Assembly: GCA_902629465.1 (NCBI GenBank)
Contig: CACOQX010000001.1
Location: 17,632-81,631, forward strand
Source of the DNA: an uncultured SAR86 cluster bacterium
GTDB taxonomy: Bacteria > Pseudomonadota > Gammaproteobacteria > Magnimaribacterales > AG-339-G14
Direction of reading: 5' to 3'
DNA: 64,000 nt
This document shows positions 20,273-30,188 of this stretch, in pieces. The notes beneath the pieces are model-generated. The model was not told the DNA's origin. It saw only the letters and a list, made by a program, of their open reading frames with translations, and did not search any database. Within the stretch, counting starts at the first letter, position 1. Each line of letters opens with the position of its first letter. A program made the position numbers and the translations under genes.

Positions 20273-21451
20273 TCAAGAAAGCTCTTCGAAAGTAATACCT
20301 GCTTTCATTAACCTACTTATTAAAGGATTGCCTAGTCCTACTGCTGAAGTTAAAACTCCTCCGAATTCGTTCCCAAATGGCAAATCATCTGAAAAAGCTA
20401 AAGTTAGGGCTGATTCACAAACCATTTTTGAGGTAGATTTATAACCCGGATCACCTGAACCAAAAATTTCAAATCGTCTTTCATCACCATCCTGAAGCTT
20501 TGCTACAAATAATCCTCTAAACCAACCATTATCTCTAGTTTCTTTATCTGGTCCTTCTCCAGGCTTTAACAAAAAAGGTCTCACTAGACGTCTCAATGGA
20601 GTAGCTATTACAAGAAAGGCTGACATCAATATGAAACTAGTTATTCGAGCCACAGCTTTAGATGGGTATCTTCCTAACTCTTTGAAAGTGAAATCTTTAC
20701 CATAAGATTTTTGATTTAAATCAAACAGGGCTGCACTTCTTCTAACAACTCTTGTATTAGCAAATGCCATTAATCCCATTCCTGAAAATTCGTTGGTACC
20801 TGGGATAGGTTCGATAGTGAAACCATCAGCACTACTATTTTTTTGTTTCTCTGAAACAGTATCTTGAGGATTCAATAAAAAAGGATCTCTCATTTCTTTT
20901 GGTAAAGGACCCATAGTGAACATTGTTTCAGTTGTACCTCCACTAGCTCCTCCTTTTGCAGAATGATAAACAGTTACATGAGAAACTGGTTTTTCTGATC
21001 TAGTTACTGAAAAGAAAACTCCCATATCAGAAGGAATTGAATCATAGCCGCAAGAAGGAATGATTCTTGTTCCATCTAAGGCTGCCTTATCATGAAATCT
21101 TTCAATCAAACCTTTAACCCAATGATTTTCTCCTGTAATGTCTGTGTAATGAGTTTTGTTCTCAACACAAGCTTCTACAACTTTTGTACTATATCTTGCA
21201 AAAGGTCCCGCAGCAGAGAGTACAACTTTAGTTTGTTTTACAAAACTTTGAATTGCCTCATAGTCATCAGAGTCAGCAACGAAGATATCGCAAGCCAAAT
21301 TAAGTTCCTTTTTTAAATCTTCTAACTTTTCTTTATTTCTTCCTGATATAGCCCAACTTAAATCTGGATAATTTGATTGAAAATATTCGGCACATAATCT
21401 TCCTGTAAAGCCTGTGGCACCATATAAAATTATTTGATATTGCCTTTCCAT
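20273..21451 (-). CDS. saccharopine dehydrogenase-like NAD(P)-binding oxidoreductase
   Basis: 392 aa with the N-terminal Rossmann motif ILYGATGFTGRL. AGGAGAG RBS upstream. Confidence 0.8.
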   Translation of the reverse strand: MERQYQIILYGATGFTGRLCAEYFQSNYPDLSWAISGRNKEKLEDLKKELNLACDIFVADSDDYEAIQSFVKQTKVVLSAAGPFARYSTKVVEACVENKTHYTDITGENHWVKGLIERFHDKAALDGTRIIPSCGYDSIPSDMGVFFSVTRSEKPVSHVTVYHSAKGGASGGTTETMFTMGPLPKEMRDPFLLNPQDTVSEKQKNSSADGFTIEPIPGTNEFSGMGLMAFANTRVVRRSAALFDLNQKSYGKDFTFKELGRYPSKAVARITSFILMSAFLVIATPLRRLVRPFLLKPGEGPDKETRDNGWFRGLFVAKLQDGDERRFEIFGSGDPGYKSTSKMVCESALTLAFSDDLPFGNEFGGVLTSAVGLGNPLISRLMKAGITFEELS

Positions 21452-21478
21452 AACTAATCTCTCCTATTTGAGTGTATT

Positions 21479-21507
21479 AAAAAAGGGAGTCACAAGACTC
21501 TCTTTTT
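21479..21507 (-). terminator. rho-independent terminator after the 21509..22219 gene
   Basis: 7-bp stem gggagtc (21485-21491) / gactctc (21496-21502) with one G-U pair and a 4-nt loop. It is flanked by A6 and T5, so a U-tract is present on either strand. Confidence 0.6.
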
Positions 21508-21508
21508 A

Positions 21509-22219
21509 TCAATTCGTAGAATAAGTTTGCTCACATTCCTCAAAGTTATCAGAGATCACCTCGTATCCAACAGCTTGAAGAGCTGCCCATTCAGATGCCC
21601 AAGGTGCTTTTCCGTCAAAATAGTCGTCAAAGATTTTTCCATGTGATGAAGCATCCGGAGTAATTGCTCTCACCATCAATGTTTTAGCTTCGTGAGTCCC
21701 TCCGCCAAGAGGAACGAAAATACCCACAAAAAAATCATTTCCCGCATCGATGACTGCTTCTTCAAAAGCAGTCATAGCAGCTACAAAATCTTGAAGTTTG
21801 CTAGTTTGCACAATCACACGCTGAACTCTTTCGTATCCAGGATCAAGCCTGAAGGGTTTTAGAGGCTTCCAAGTAACTCCATACTTCGCATCCCTTAATC
21901 TTGCAAATGCTGGAGAAGCTTGCTGTGGGTCGTATTTTAAGGATCCCTCTAAAGCCGCTTGAACACTTGGAAATGCGCTCCAAACCATCATTTGGCCATC
22001 ATATTCGTTACCAGATCTAGTTATGCAAACACCTGCATCTGTAGCTCCAGTTGCTTTGAATGCAGTCGTATTAGACTTTAAAGTTTCTATATACCTTTCC
22101 ACATTTGTAGCTGAAAGCATTAATGTAGTGAATGCTCCATCAGTAGTTCCTCCATTTTTGGCTTGAGCACTGATAGCACAAGAAATAACAATTAATAATA
22201 TTAAAAATGTCTTTTTCAT
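21509..22219 (-). CDS. secreted protein of unknown function
   Basis: Start moved to ATG 22219, preceded by AAGGAGAGAAAA. Signal peptide MKKTFLILLIVISCAISAQA. No family recognised. Confidence 0.6.
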   Translation of the reverse strand: MKKTFLILLIVISCAISAQAKNGGTTDGAFTTLMLSATNVERYIETLKSNTTAFKATGATDAGVCITRSGNEYDGQMMVWSAFPSVQAALEGSLKYDPQQASPAFARLRDAKYGVTWKPLKPFRLDPGYERVQRVIVQTSKLQDFVAAMTAFEEAVIDAGNDFFVGIFVPLGGGTHEAKTLMVRAITPDASSHGKIFDDYFDGKAPWASEWAALQAVGYEVISDNFEECEQTYSTN

Positions 22220-22286
22220 TTTTCTCTCCTTAAAATTTATTAACTCTGTAATCAAACCACAAATAAAGATTAAAATCACTAGAATT

Positions 22287-22363
22287 TGGTCGGGGTGGCG
22301 GGATTTGAACCCACGACCACTTGACCCCCAGTCAAGTGCGCTACCAGGCTGCGCTACACCCCG
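22287..22363 (-). tRNA. tRNA-Pro (anticodon GGG), CCA encoded
   Basis: Reverse complement: CGGGGTGTAGCGCAGCCTGGTAGCGCACTTGACTGGGGGTCAAGTGGTCGTGGGTTCAAATCCCGCCACCCCGACCA. Acceptor CGGGGTG/CACCCCG, anticodon loop CTGGGGG, GTTCAAATC T-loop. Confidence 0.95.
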
Positions 22364-22684
22364 TTAGGTTTTTAATATTTTTAAAACCTCTTTTAGAGAT
22401 TCTATTATTTCTACGTCAAGCTCCAAAGAAAAATCTCCTTCTTCCAAGACTTTTTTAATAGCCTTTAGATTTAAACCTCTCTCAGAGAGTTCCTTTATTT
22501 TTAAAAAAGTGACCAAGTCTGATTTCTGAAACATTCTTCTATTCGAAATTCTTTTAACAGTAAAATAATTTTTAAATGCTTTTTCCCAATATCTCAAAAT
22601 ATGATCTTTTACACCTAATAAGTTACTTGCCTCTCCCATTGAAAAGTATTTTTTATCAGGCAAGCTGGCTAGGTCAATTTCCAA
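22364..22684 (-). CDS. MerR-family HTH transcriptional regulator
   Basis: 106 aa with the HTH YFSMGEASNLLGVKDHILRYWE. Its position after ihfA and before tRNA-Pro matches Pseudomonas-type synteny (from memory). Confidence 0.75.
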   Translation of the reverse strand: MEIDLASLPDKKYFSMGEASNLLGVKDHILRYWEKAFKNYFTVKRISNRRMFQKSDLVTFLKIKELSERGLNLKAIKKVLEEGDFSLELDVEIIESLKEVLKILKT

Positions 22685-22686
22685 TT

Positions 22687-22962
22687 TTACAAAGACTCTC
22701 TAAGTTTTTTTGATGCTTTAAAAGAAACAACATTTCTATCGGAGATTTTATATGGTTCGCCTGTTTTTGGATTTCTTCCAGGTCTACTTTTTTTATGCTT
22801 AACAACAAAATTTCCAAGCTTTGGAATTTTTATTTCTTCTCCTCTTTCTAAGCCTTTACTAATTTCCTCGAAATAAGCATTAACTATTTTTAAACAATCT
22901 TTTTTTGGAAGGCCCAACTGCTCTCTTAATACATCTACTATATTTGCCTTTGTTTGGGTCAT
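22687..22962 (-). CDS. ihfA: integration host factor subunit alpha
   Basis: 91 aa with the HU/IHF fold signature GFGNF-like (LGNFVVKHKKSRPGRNPKTGE). Confidence 0.9.
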   Translation of the reverse strand: MTQTKANIVDVLREQLGLPKKDCLKIVNAYFEEISKGLERGEEIKIPKLGNFVVKHKKSRPGRNPKTGEPYKISDRNVVSFKASKKLRESL

Positions 22963-24982
22963 TTATCTTAAAGTTGCTCCAAGGTTTTTTTGCATATTGG
23001 AAATAATAAGATTAGCTTCTTCATTAATCTCTTCTTCAGATAAAGTTTTTTTATTTGAGCCCCATGAAACCCTAAATGCAATACTTTTTTTTGCCATCAG
23101 GAATATTTTTACCATCGTAAACATCAAAAATTTTTGTGCCAACCAAAAAATTTTTTGATGAAATATGAATGCAATTTTCTATCTGTTCGTATGAAACTTT
23201 ATTATCTATTTCAAAAGAAAAATCTCTTTGAGATATGGGATAAATTGAAGGCGCTATTAATTTTCCAAGATCATTTCTTGGTAAAGATTCAACCTTTATT
23301 TCAAAATATAAGAAAGCTTTATTAAGTCCAAGTGATTTTATAAACCTTGGATTGATGCTCCCAAGAGAACCAACGAGCTTATTTTTTATATAAATGTCTG
23401 CAGACGCGTAAGGATGTAATAAATCATTCTGAGATTTTTTCCAGAATATTTTCTCTATTCTGAATTCTGCAAAGAGGTTTTCCAAGATTCCTTTCAAATA
23501 GTAAAAATCATAATTTTGATTTGTATTCCAATTTTTAAATTTTTCATCATCGTAAATTAATCCAGCAAGATTTAACTCTTCCGTATGAGTATCGTTTGAG
23601 AAGGATTTACCCATCTCGAAAATACTTAAGAAATTTTGCCCTCTATTGATATTAAATTCTAAATTTGTTGCCAAGCTGGGTAGTAAAGAAGTTCTTAAAG
23701 TGTTTAAAGAATTATTAAGAGGATTTTTTATAGAAATACTTTCGTTTTCTATGTCTAAATTTTTCAAAATCTGTCTATCAAGAAAAGAATAGTTTATGAC
23801 TTCATTGAATCCTTTATTTATCATAAAAGTTTTGACCTCATTGATAAAATCGTAATCTGATTTTTCATAGTGCTGAGTTATTGGGTCGTTTTTAATTTGA
23901 GGTAAATTGTCATAACCAACAATTCTTGCAACCTCTTCAATTAAGTCCTCTTTAATTGATAAATCAAAACGATGGCTAGGTACTTCGAAAGTTAAAAAGT
24001 TTTTATTTTTTTTGATCAATTTAATTTCAAGTCTATTCAAAATAGACTTGATTGTATTTTCTTTAAGTTCAGTCCCAAGTTTAAGGTTCACGTCGTCTGT
24101 GGAAATGTTTATGACTTTTTTCTTAGGAAAATGCTTATTTTTTATTGTCTCTACATTAGAAATATCCACCTGGTAAATTTCTTGAATAATGGCGAGTGCC
24201 TCTTTTAAAGCATCCTCATGCAGATTAAAATCAACACCTCTTTCAAATCTTTGTGAAGCGTCAGTTTGAAACCCATATCTTCTTGCTTTTCCTTTAACAA
24301 TGCTGGGACGAAAAAAAGCAGATTCGATTAGAAAATTTTGTGTTTTTTTAGAAACTGAATGATTTAAACTTCCTGATATTCCCGCAAAAGCGATAGGTTC
24401 TTTTTCATCGGCAATAACAAGGCAGTCTTTAGAAAGTTTAAGATTCTTTTCGCCTAAAATTTTTATTTGTTCTTTTGTTTTTGCAAACCTAACTTCAATA
24501 TCTCCCTCAATTTTATCTTGATCAAAGACATGCATTGGCTGACCGCTTTCTAACATGACAAAATTCACAATATCCACTAAAGGATGGATGGATTGAATCC
24601 CAGCCGCTTTAAGAGTCTTTTTTATATAATTCGGAAACTTCTTTATTAATTTTAAATTTGAAATAGAAACGGCTGAGTAAGCTGGACATGCATCTTTTGC
24701 AAATAATTTAATTTTTTTATTAAATTTTGTTTGCCCTTTGAAAGATTTTTTTGTTACTGAAGAAAATTTTTTATCTTTGAATGCACAATAATCTCTCGCT
24801 AAACCTTTTACAGAAAAGCAATCTCCCCTATTAGGAGTTAAATCAAAATCAATTATCTTATCTCCTTGAAAAGACTTTATCTCATCAACTTCTATGCCTA
24901 TTAATGTCAGGTCCTCGCACAGATTCTCAATTTTTGGTTTAGCCTTAATAGCCTTAGTAATATTTGAATATAAAACTTTCAT
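22963..24982 (-). CDS. pheT: phenylalanine--tRNA ligase beta subunit, interrupted by a 1-nt frame error in an A8 run; lacks the B2 tRNA-binding domain
   Basis: The ORF-track frame 23072..24982 shows B1, B3_4 (TPNRGDCFS), B5 and B6/7 similarity and stops at TAG 23072. Skipping one A at 23085-23092 restores GKKSIAFRVSWGSNKKTLSEEEINEEANLIISNMQKNLGATLR*, ending at TAA 22963-22965 and abutting the ihfA ATG. Confidence 0.9.
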
Positions 24983-24984
24983 TG

Positions 24985-25962
24985 CTATTGAGATAGAAAT
25001 TTTATGTCATTTGAAAATAGAGATCGCATATCTTCTATTTCATAAGAAAGCTTAGCCATTCTTTCGATTCCCATTCCAAAAGCAAAGCCGGAAAATTTCT
25101 TAGATTCCAAACCTGCCATATCTATTACGTTAGGATGTACTAAACCACAGCCCATGATTTCTAGCCAATTTTTGGACTTTTTATCCATAATATCCACTTC
25201 TGCAGAAGGTTCTGTAAAGGGAAAATAAGAAGGTCTAAACCTAACTTTGGTATCTGGCCCAAAAAAGAAATCTATGAAGGTCATAATTTCATTTTTAAGA
25301 TGGCCAAAATTAACATTTTCGTCAATAACTAGACCTTCTATTTGATGAAACATAGGCGTATGTGTTTTATCTGCATCACTTCGATAAACTTTTCCAGGAC
25401 AAATAATTTTTAAGGGTGCGCCTCTCTTTTCAATGGATCTTATTTGAACAGGAGAAGTATGTGTTCTCAAAAGATTTCCATTATCTAAATAAAAGGTGTC
25501 GTGCATATCGCGAGCAGGATGATCTTTGGGAATATTCAAAGCATCAAAATTATAATAATCACTTTCAATCTCAGGACCATCTTCAATCAAGTATCCCTTG
25601 GATGAAAAGAAATCTGTAATTCTTTTGGTGGTTATTGTCAAAGGATGGAGCTTACCTTGAGATTTAAACGTGCCTGGAAGGGTTACGTCTATTCTATCTT
25701 TTTCAAGCGATTCGTTGATAATTTTTAATTCAATCTTTTCTTGGAAAGAGTCTAAAAGGTCTTCACAAAGACTTCTTAATTCACCAATTCCTTTACCGAA
25801 AATTGGTCTTTCTTTTGAAGGTAAGTTTTTAATGTTTTTTGAAAGTTCAGTAATCTGCCCTTTTTTTCCAAGATACTTAACTTTGAGTTGATTTAATTCC
25901 TCTTGAGAGACTATTTCTTGAAAATCTTTAACAAGATTTGCTTTTAAAGCATCTAAATCCAT
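24985..25962 (-). CDS. pheS: phenylalanine--tRNA ligase alpha subunit
   Basis: 325 aa with class II aaRS motifs (HPARDMHDTFY, FRPSYFPFTEPS, GFAFGMGIERM). Confidence 0.96.
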   Translation of the reverse strand: MDLDALKANLVKDFQEIVSQEELNQLKVKYLGKKGQITELSKNIKNLPSKERPIFGKGIGELRSLCEDLLDSFQEKIELKIINESLEKDRIDVTLPGTFKSQGKLHPLTITTKRITDFFSSKGYLIEDGPEIESDYYNFDALNIPKDHPARDMHDTFYLDNGNLLRTHTSPVQIRSIEKRGAPLKIICPGKVYRSDADKTHTPMFHQIEGLVIDENVNFGHLKNEIMTFIDFFFGPDTKVRFRPSYFPFTEPSAEVDIMDKKSKNWLEIMGCGLVHPNVIDMAGLESKKFSGFAFGMGIERMAKLSYEIEDMRSLFSNDIKFLSQ

Positions 25963-25968
25963 GCTTCA

Positions 25969-26325
25969 TTATGCGACATTTTCCTTGGCAAGAGATACTA
26001 AATTAGAAAAAGCTTCACTATCTTCAGCAGCTAATTCAGCAAGCACGCGTCTATCTAAATCTATATTCATTTTCTTTAAAGCCGACATGAACTTGCTATA
26101 AGTCAAACCGTTTTCTCTTACTGCTGCATTGATTCTTATAATCCATAAAGACCTGAAGTCTCTTTTTTTAACTCTTCTGTCCCTGTAAGCATACTGACCA
26201 GCTCTAGTGACTGCTTGCTTTGCAACCTTAAAAGTCCGGCTCCTAGCTCCTCTGTATCCTTTAGCTAGTTTTAGAACTTTTTTATGTTTTCTACGAGATT
26301 CGACTCCTCTTTTAACTCTAGCCAC
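25969..26325 (-). CDS. rplT: 50S ribosomal protein L20
   Basis: 118 aa, [27 protein letters not shown]. Confidence 0.97.
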   Translation of the reverse strand: MARVKRGVESRRKHKKVLKLAKGYRGARSRTFKVAKQAVTRAGQYAYRDRRVKKRDFRSLWIIRINAAVRENGLTYSKFMSALKKMNIDLDRRVLAELAAEDSEAFSNLVSLAKENVA

Positions 26326-26522
26326 TATGATCTCTCCCTGAACATTCTTTTTACTAGTTTTTCATCTCCATCAGCAAGTGAAGTTGTCCCCCTAAGTTGT
26401 CTTTTGGACTTAGTAGACATTTTAGTAAGAATATGCCTTTTATTAGCATGTTTTCTTTTCAAGCCAGTTCCAGTTTTTTTAAACCGTTTTGCGGCACCGC
26501 TATGTACTTTTATCTTAGGCAT
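26325..26522 (-). CDS. rpmI: 50S ribosomal protein L35
   Basis: 65 aa, [20 protein letters not shown]. Confidence 0.95.
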   Translation of the reverse strand: MPKIKVHSGAAKRFKKTGTGLKRKHANKRHILTKMSTKSKRQLRGTTSLADGDEKLVKRMFRERS

Positions 26523-26527
26523 AATTT

Positions 26528-27070
26528 TTACTTAGTTTTGGCTGGGGATAATAACATAACTAACTGCCTACCTTCGGATAAAGGAGCTTGTTCTACTGAA
26601 CCTCGACCATCAAGATCTTCTTCTACTCTTTTTAGTAGGTCAAACCCGATATTTTGGTGAGCCATTTCTCTTCCTCTGAATCTCATAGTTATTTTTGCTT
26701 TGTCTCCTTCATCTAAAAATTTAATAATTTTTTTGAGTTTAATTTGATAATCATTTTCTTCGGTTCCTGGTCTAAATTTGACTTCTTTGATTTGAGTTTT
26801 CTTTTGTTTCTTCTTAGAAGCAGATTTTTGTTTTTTCTTATCAAATAAATGCTTTCCATAATTCATAAGTTTGCATACTGGAGTATCTTTATCATCGTTA
26901 AGTTGAACTAAATCTAAATTCTCCTCGGAAGCAATGCTTAGGGCATCATCTATACTTTTAATACCCAATTGTTCTCCAGAACTTGAAATTAACCTAACTT
27001 TAGCTGCTTTAATAAACTTATTTATAGGTTGCTTATTTTCTTTTTTGTAGTTTCTCTTTGCTAAAGCCAT
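26528..27070 (-). CDS. infC: translation initiation factor IF-3
   Basis: 180 aa with [22 protein letters not shown] and the C-terminal domain [15 protein letters not shown]. The start appears to be ATG. Confidence 0.95.
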   Translation of the reverse strand: MALAKRNYKKENKQPINKFIKAAKVRLISSSGEQLGIKSIDDALSIASEENLDLVQLNDDKDTPVCKLMNYGKHLFDKKKQKSASKKKQKKTQIKEVKFRPGTEENDYQIKLKKIIKFLDEGDKAKITMRFRGREMAHQNIGFDLLKRVEEDLDGRGSVEQAPLSEGRQLVMLLSPAKTK

Positions 27071-27111
27071 ATCTATTTAGCTAAAAAAGAAAAAAATCTT
27101 TTATGTACCAA

Positions 27112-29040
27112 TCAAACCTCCTTAGATTCAATTTTTTTAGTTAAAATTTCACTAAATGCCTCTATCGACATTGAGCCTAAATCAGATCCTTTTCTGTCTC
27201 TAATAGCCAACGAAGATGATTCTATTTCCTTATCTCCTAAAACTATGATGAAAGGAATTTTTTGCATAGAGTGGTGGCGGATTTTATAAGCGATTTTCTC
27301 ATTCCTCAAGTCTGAATTTACTCTAAATCCTTTATTTTTGAGAATATTAGTAATTTCTTTGGTTTTTTCAGCATGTTTTTCAGATATATTTATTGCAACA
27401 GCCTGAATTGGTGCTAACCATAAAGGAAACTCTCCTGCATATTGCTCAATGAGTATTCCTATAAATCTTTCGAAAGAACCTAAAAAAGCCCTATGCAACA
27501 TTACCGGGACATGTCTTTCACCGTCTGTTCCTACATAAGATGCGTCTAATCTCTCAGGCATATTGAAATCTGCTTGCAAAGTACCGCACTGCCACTCTCT
27601 ATTTAAAGAGTCGGTAAGAACAAAATCTATTTTTGGACCATAAAAAGCTCCATCTCCTTCTGCAATTTCATAAGATATGCCTTGCTTATTGATAGCAGCC
27701 TCTAAGGCCTTTTCAGCTTTATCCCAAATTTCATCTGCTCCTACTCGTCGCTCAGGTCTGGTCGACAACTTTATATCCAACTTATTAAAACCTAATTCAT
27801 TATATATTTCTGAAAGAATATTAATAAAAGATCCGGCCTCCTCTTCAATTTGGTCTTCAGAACAAAAGATATGGCCATCATCCTGAGTCATTTGTCTTAC
27901 TCTCATCAGACCATGCAAAGTTCCTGAAGGTTCATACCTATGACAAGAACCAAATTCTGAATATCTTATAGGTAAGTCTCTGTAAGATTTCAAACCTTGG
28001 TTGTATACTTGAACGTGACAAGGACAACTCATTGGCTTCAAAGCATTTACTCTTTTTTCGTTAGCTTGCTCCTCATCGATTTCAGTTATGTACATATTTT
28101 CTCGGTATTTATCCCAATGGCCAGATTTTTCCCAAAGTTTTCGATCTACAACCTCCGGAGTTTTTATTTCTTCATATCCCGAAATAATCAGCTTATCTCT
28201 TATGTAATCTTCTAATATCCTAAATATAGTCCAGCCTTTTGGATGCCAAAAAACCATTCCAGGCGCTTCTTCTTGAAAGTGAAATAAGTCGTATTTTTGA
28301 CCTAATTTTCTGTGATCTCTTTTTGAAGCTTCTTCTAAATTATAGATATATTGCTTTAATTCTTTATCTGTATTCCATGCAGTACCATATATTCTTTGAA
28401 GCATTTTTCCTTTTGAATCTCCTCGCCAATATGCTCCAGATACGTTTAACAATTTAAAACTTTTTAAATGTCTCATTGAAGTGACATGCGGACCCTTGCA
28501 CATGTCGATGTATTCTTCATGATAGTAAAGAGCGATAATTTCTTCTTCGGGAATATCGTCAATTATTTTGAGCTTGTATTCTTCTTTTCTATCCTTAAAA
28601 ACTTTTTGAGCTTCTTTTCTGGATACTATTTTTTTTATAACTTTGTACTCTTTTGAGGCAAGCTCTCTCATTCTATCTTCTATCTCAATCAAATCTTCTT
28701 CAGTTAATTTTTTTTCTAAATCAATATCGTAATAAAAACCATCATCAATAACTGGACCTATTGCCATCTTTGCTTCTGGATAAATTTGTTTAAGAGCGTG
28801 ACCAAATAAATGAGCACAAGAATGCCTTATGATTTCTAAGCCTTCTTGATCAGAATTTCTTATGATTTCTAAAGAACAATCTTTTTCCAAGAGATCAGAA
28901 CCGTCTTTCAATACACCATCTACCTTTCCAGCAATGGTAACTTTAAAGAGGCCTTTGCCTATATCAGCAGCAACATCTTCAATTGAAATTGATGAATCAA
29001 AAGATCTTTTGGAGTTGTCTGGAAGTGTTATTGTGACCAT
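27112..29040 (-). CDS. thrS: threonine--tRNA ligase
   Basis: 642 aa with a TGS domain, editing domain (HSCAHL) and class II core ([18 protein letters not shown]). Confidence 0.97.
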   Translation of the reverse strand: MVTITLPDNSKRSFDSSISIEDVAADIGKGLFKVTIAGKVDGVLKDGSDLLEKDCSLEIIRNSDQEGLEIIRHSCAHLFGHALKQIYPEAKMAIGPVIDDGFYYDIDLEKKLTEEDLIEIEDRMRELASKEYKVIKKIVSRKEAQKVFKDRKEEYKLKIIDDIPEEEIIALYYHEEYIDMCKGPHVTSMRHLKSFKLLNVSGAYWRGDSKGKMLQRIYGTAWNTDKELKQYIYNLEEASKRDHRKLGQKYDLFHFQEEAPGMVFWHPKGWTIFRILEDYIRDKLIISGYEEIKTPEVVDRKLWEKSGHWDKYRENMYITEIDEEQANEKRVNALKPMSCPCHVQVYNQGLKSYRDLPIRYSEFGSCHRYEPSGTLHGLMRVRQMTQDDGHIFCSEDQIEEEAGSFINILSEIYNELGFNKLDIKLSTRPERRVGADEIWDKAEKALEAAINKQGISYEIAEGDGAFYGPKIDFVLTDSLNREWQCGTLQADFNMPERLDASYVGTDGERHVPVMLHRAFLGSFERFIGILIEQYAGEFPLWLAPIQAVAINISEKHAEKTKEITNILKNKGFRVNSDLRNEKIAYKIRHHSMQKIPFIIVLGDKEIESSSLAIRDRKGSDLGSMSIEAFSEILTKKIESKEV

Positions 29041-29087
29041 AATTTTGACCTATACGAGGGGCCTAAAAGCTTATTATATCCAAAATA

Positions 29088-29687
29088 TTAGGGCGATAAA
29101 AGATGACTGCTCCACTTTCGATTATCTGAAAGAATATATTTAAGTCTTTCATGAGTTCTATTATCTCGCTCTTGCCAGAACTCAACCGCATTTGGAATTA
29201 CGGTATACAGACCGCAATGATCGGGTCTTTTTATTGAAGATTCGTCATTTTGCTCAAGGTAATTATCTATTTGATTTGTTAAATCTTCATAGGAAGAAAT
29301 CGTCGAACTTTGATTAGAAATGATTGCGGATACTCTTGATTTCAGCGGTCTTGAATTAAAATAATCATCAGAATCTTCTTCAGATCCTTTTTCGATAAAT
29401 CCTTCTATTCTGATTTGTTTTTTTAATTCTCTCCACCAAAAATTCAATGCAACTTTGGGATTTAGCTCGATCTCTTTTCCCTTTCTGCTATTGTAATTTG
29501 TATAAAACATCAATCCGTCATCTGATATTTTTTTTAAAAGAACCATTCTTGAACTGGGTTGGTTCATTTGATCTACAGAAGAAATATTCATAGCATTCCA
29601 ATCAACAAGATTTGCAGATTCAGCCTCTTCAAGAGTTTTTAATATCCCAATGAATGGTTCATGAGAAATTTTACCTTTCTCAATCAC
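29088..29687 (-). CDS. pdxH: pyridoxamine 5'-phosphate oxidase
   Basis: 199 aa with RMVLLK, FYTNYNSRKG, IRIEG and a C-terminal LSP. Confidence 0.9.
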   Translation of the reverse strand: MIEKGKISHEPFIGILKTLEEAESANLVDWNAMNISSVDQMNQPSSRMVLLKKISDDGLMFYTNYNSRKGKEIELNPKVALNFWWRELKKQIRIEGFIEKGSEEDSDDYFNSRPLKSRVSAIISNQSSTISSYEDLTNQIDNYLEQNDESSIKRPDHCGLYTVIPNAVEFWQERDNRTHERLKYILSDNRKWSSHLLSP

Positions 29688-30176
29688 TTATTTTCTTCTT
29701 ACCCAATAATCTAAGGATAGATAATTACCTCCTCCAAAAATAAGAGGTATTGCAAGAATCACTATATAAGTGGCTGCCATTTCATATCCGCCTGCATCCG
29801 CATTCCAACCATTTGGAAAATGAAAATAAGCGGCAACAAACATTGCTAAAATAATAGGAACGCTAGCCCATCTTGTAAATAAGCCCATTAATAAAAGAAT
29901 TGCTCCTCCAGCTTCTGCAAAAATTACAAGCCAAGCAAAGAAAGTTGGAAAGATAAAGTTTAAATTGTCAGATCCTCCAGGACCTAAGAATTCAGCAAAT
30001 CTTGGATTCACACTCGGTACTCCATCGTTCCAAGAAAGTTTATTGGATGAAGTGCCTGCTCCCCAAAAAATAAAGAAAAGGTAAATCCTTATAATAAATA
30101 AAATTACAAAATCCAGAAAAACTAGGCTTTTAAGAAAGTCATCGATTTTAAAGAAAACATTTTTAATTAAGTTCAT
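29688..30176 (-). CDS. DoxX-family membrane protein
   Basis: 162 aa with 4 hydrophobic segments and a DoxX-like pattern. Confidence 0.7.
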   Translation of the reverse strand: MNLIKNVFFKIDDFLKSLVFLDFVILFIIRIYLFFIFWGAGTSSNKLSWNDGVPSVNPRFAEFLGPGGSDNLNFIFPTFFAWLVIFAEAGGAILLLMGLFTRWASVPIILAMFVAAYFHFPNGWNADAGGYEMAATYIVILAIPLIFGGGNYLSLDYWVRRK

Positions 30177-30188
30177 AAGGTTAAATTA

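Noticed and set aside
22220-22363. Possible integrated mobile element at tRNA-Pro, and likewise at tRNA-Leu (59461).
   Set aside because: No integrase, transposase or phage genes occur anywhere in the window. I could not find a direct repeat of either tRNA 3' end downstream by eye. A computational repeat search would be needed to exclude short att remnants.
27062-27111. Looked for the non-canonical AUU/AUA infC start and for a thrS-type operator.
   Set aside because: An in-frame TAA sits 9 nt upstream of the ATG. Only an ATA two codons upstream is possible, with no supporting SD, so ATG was kept. The point is noted in a finding rather than asserted.
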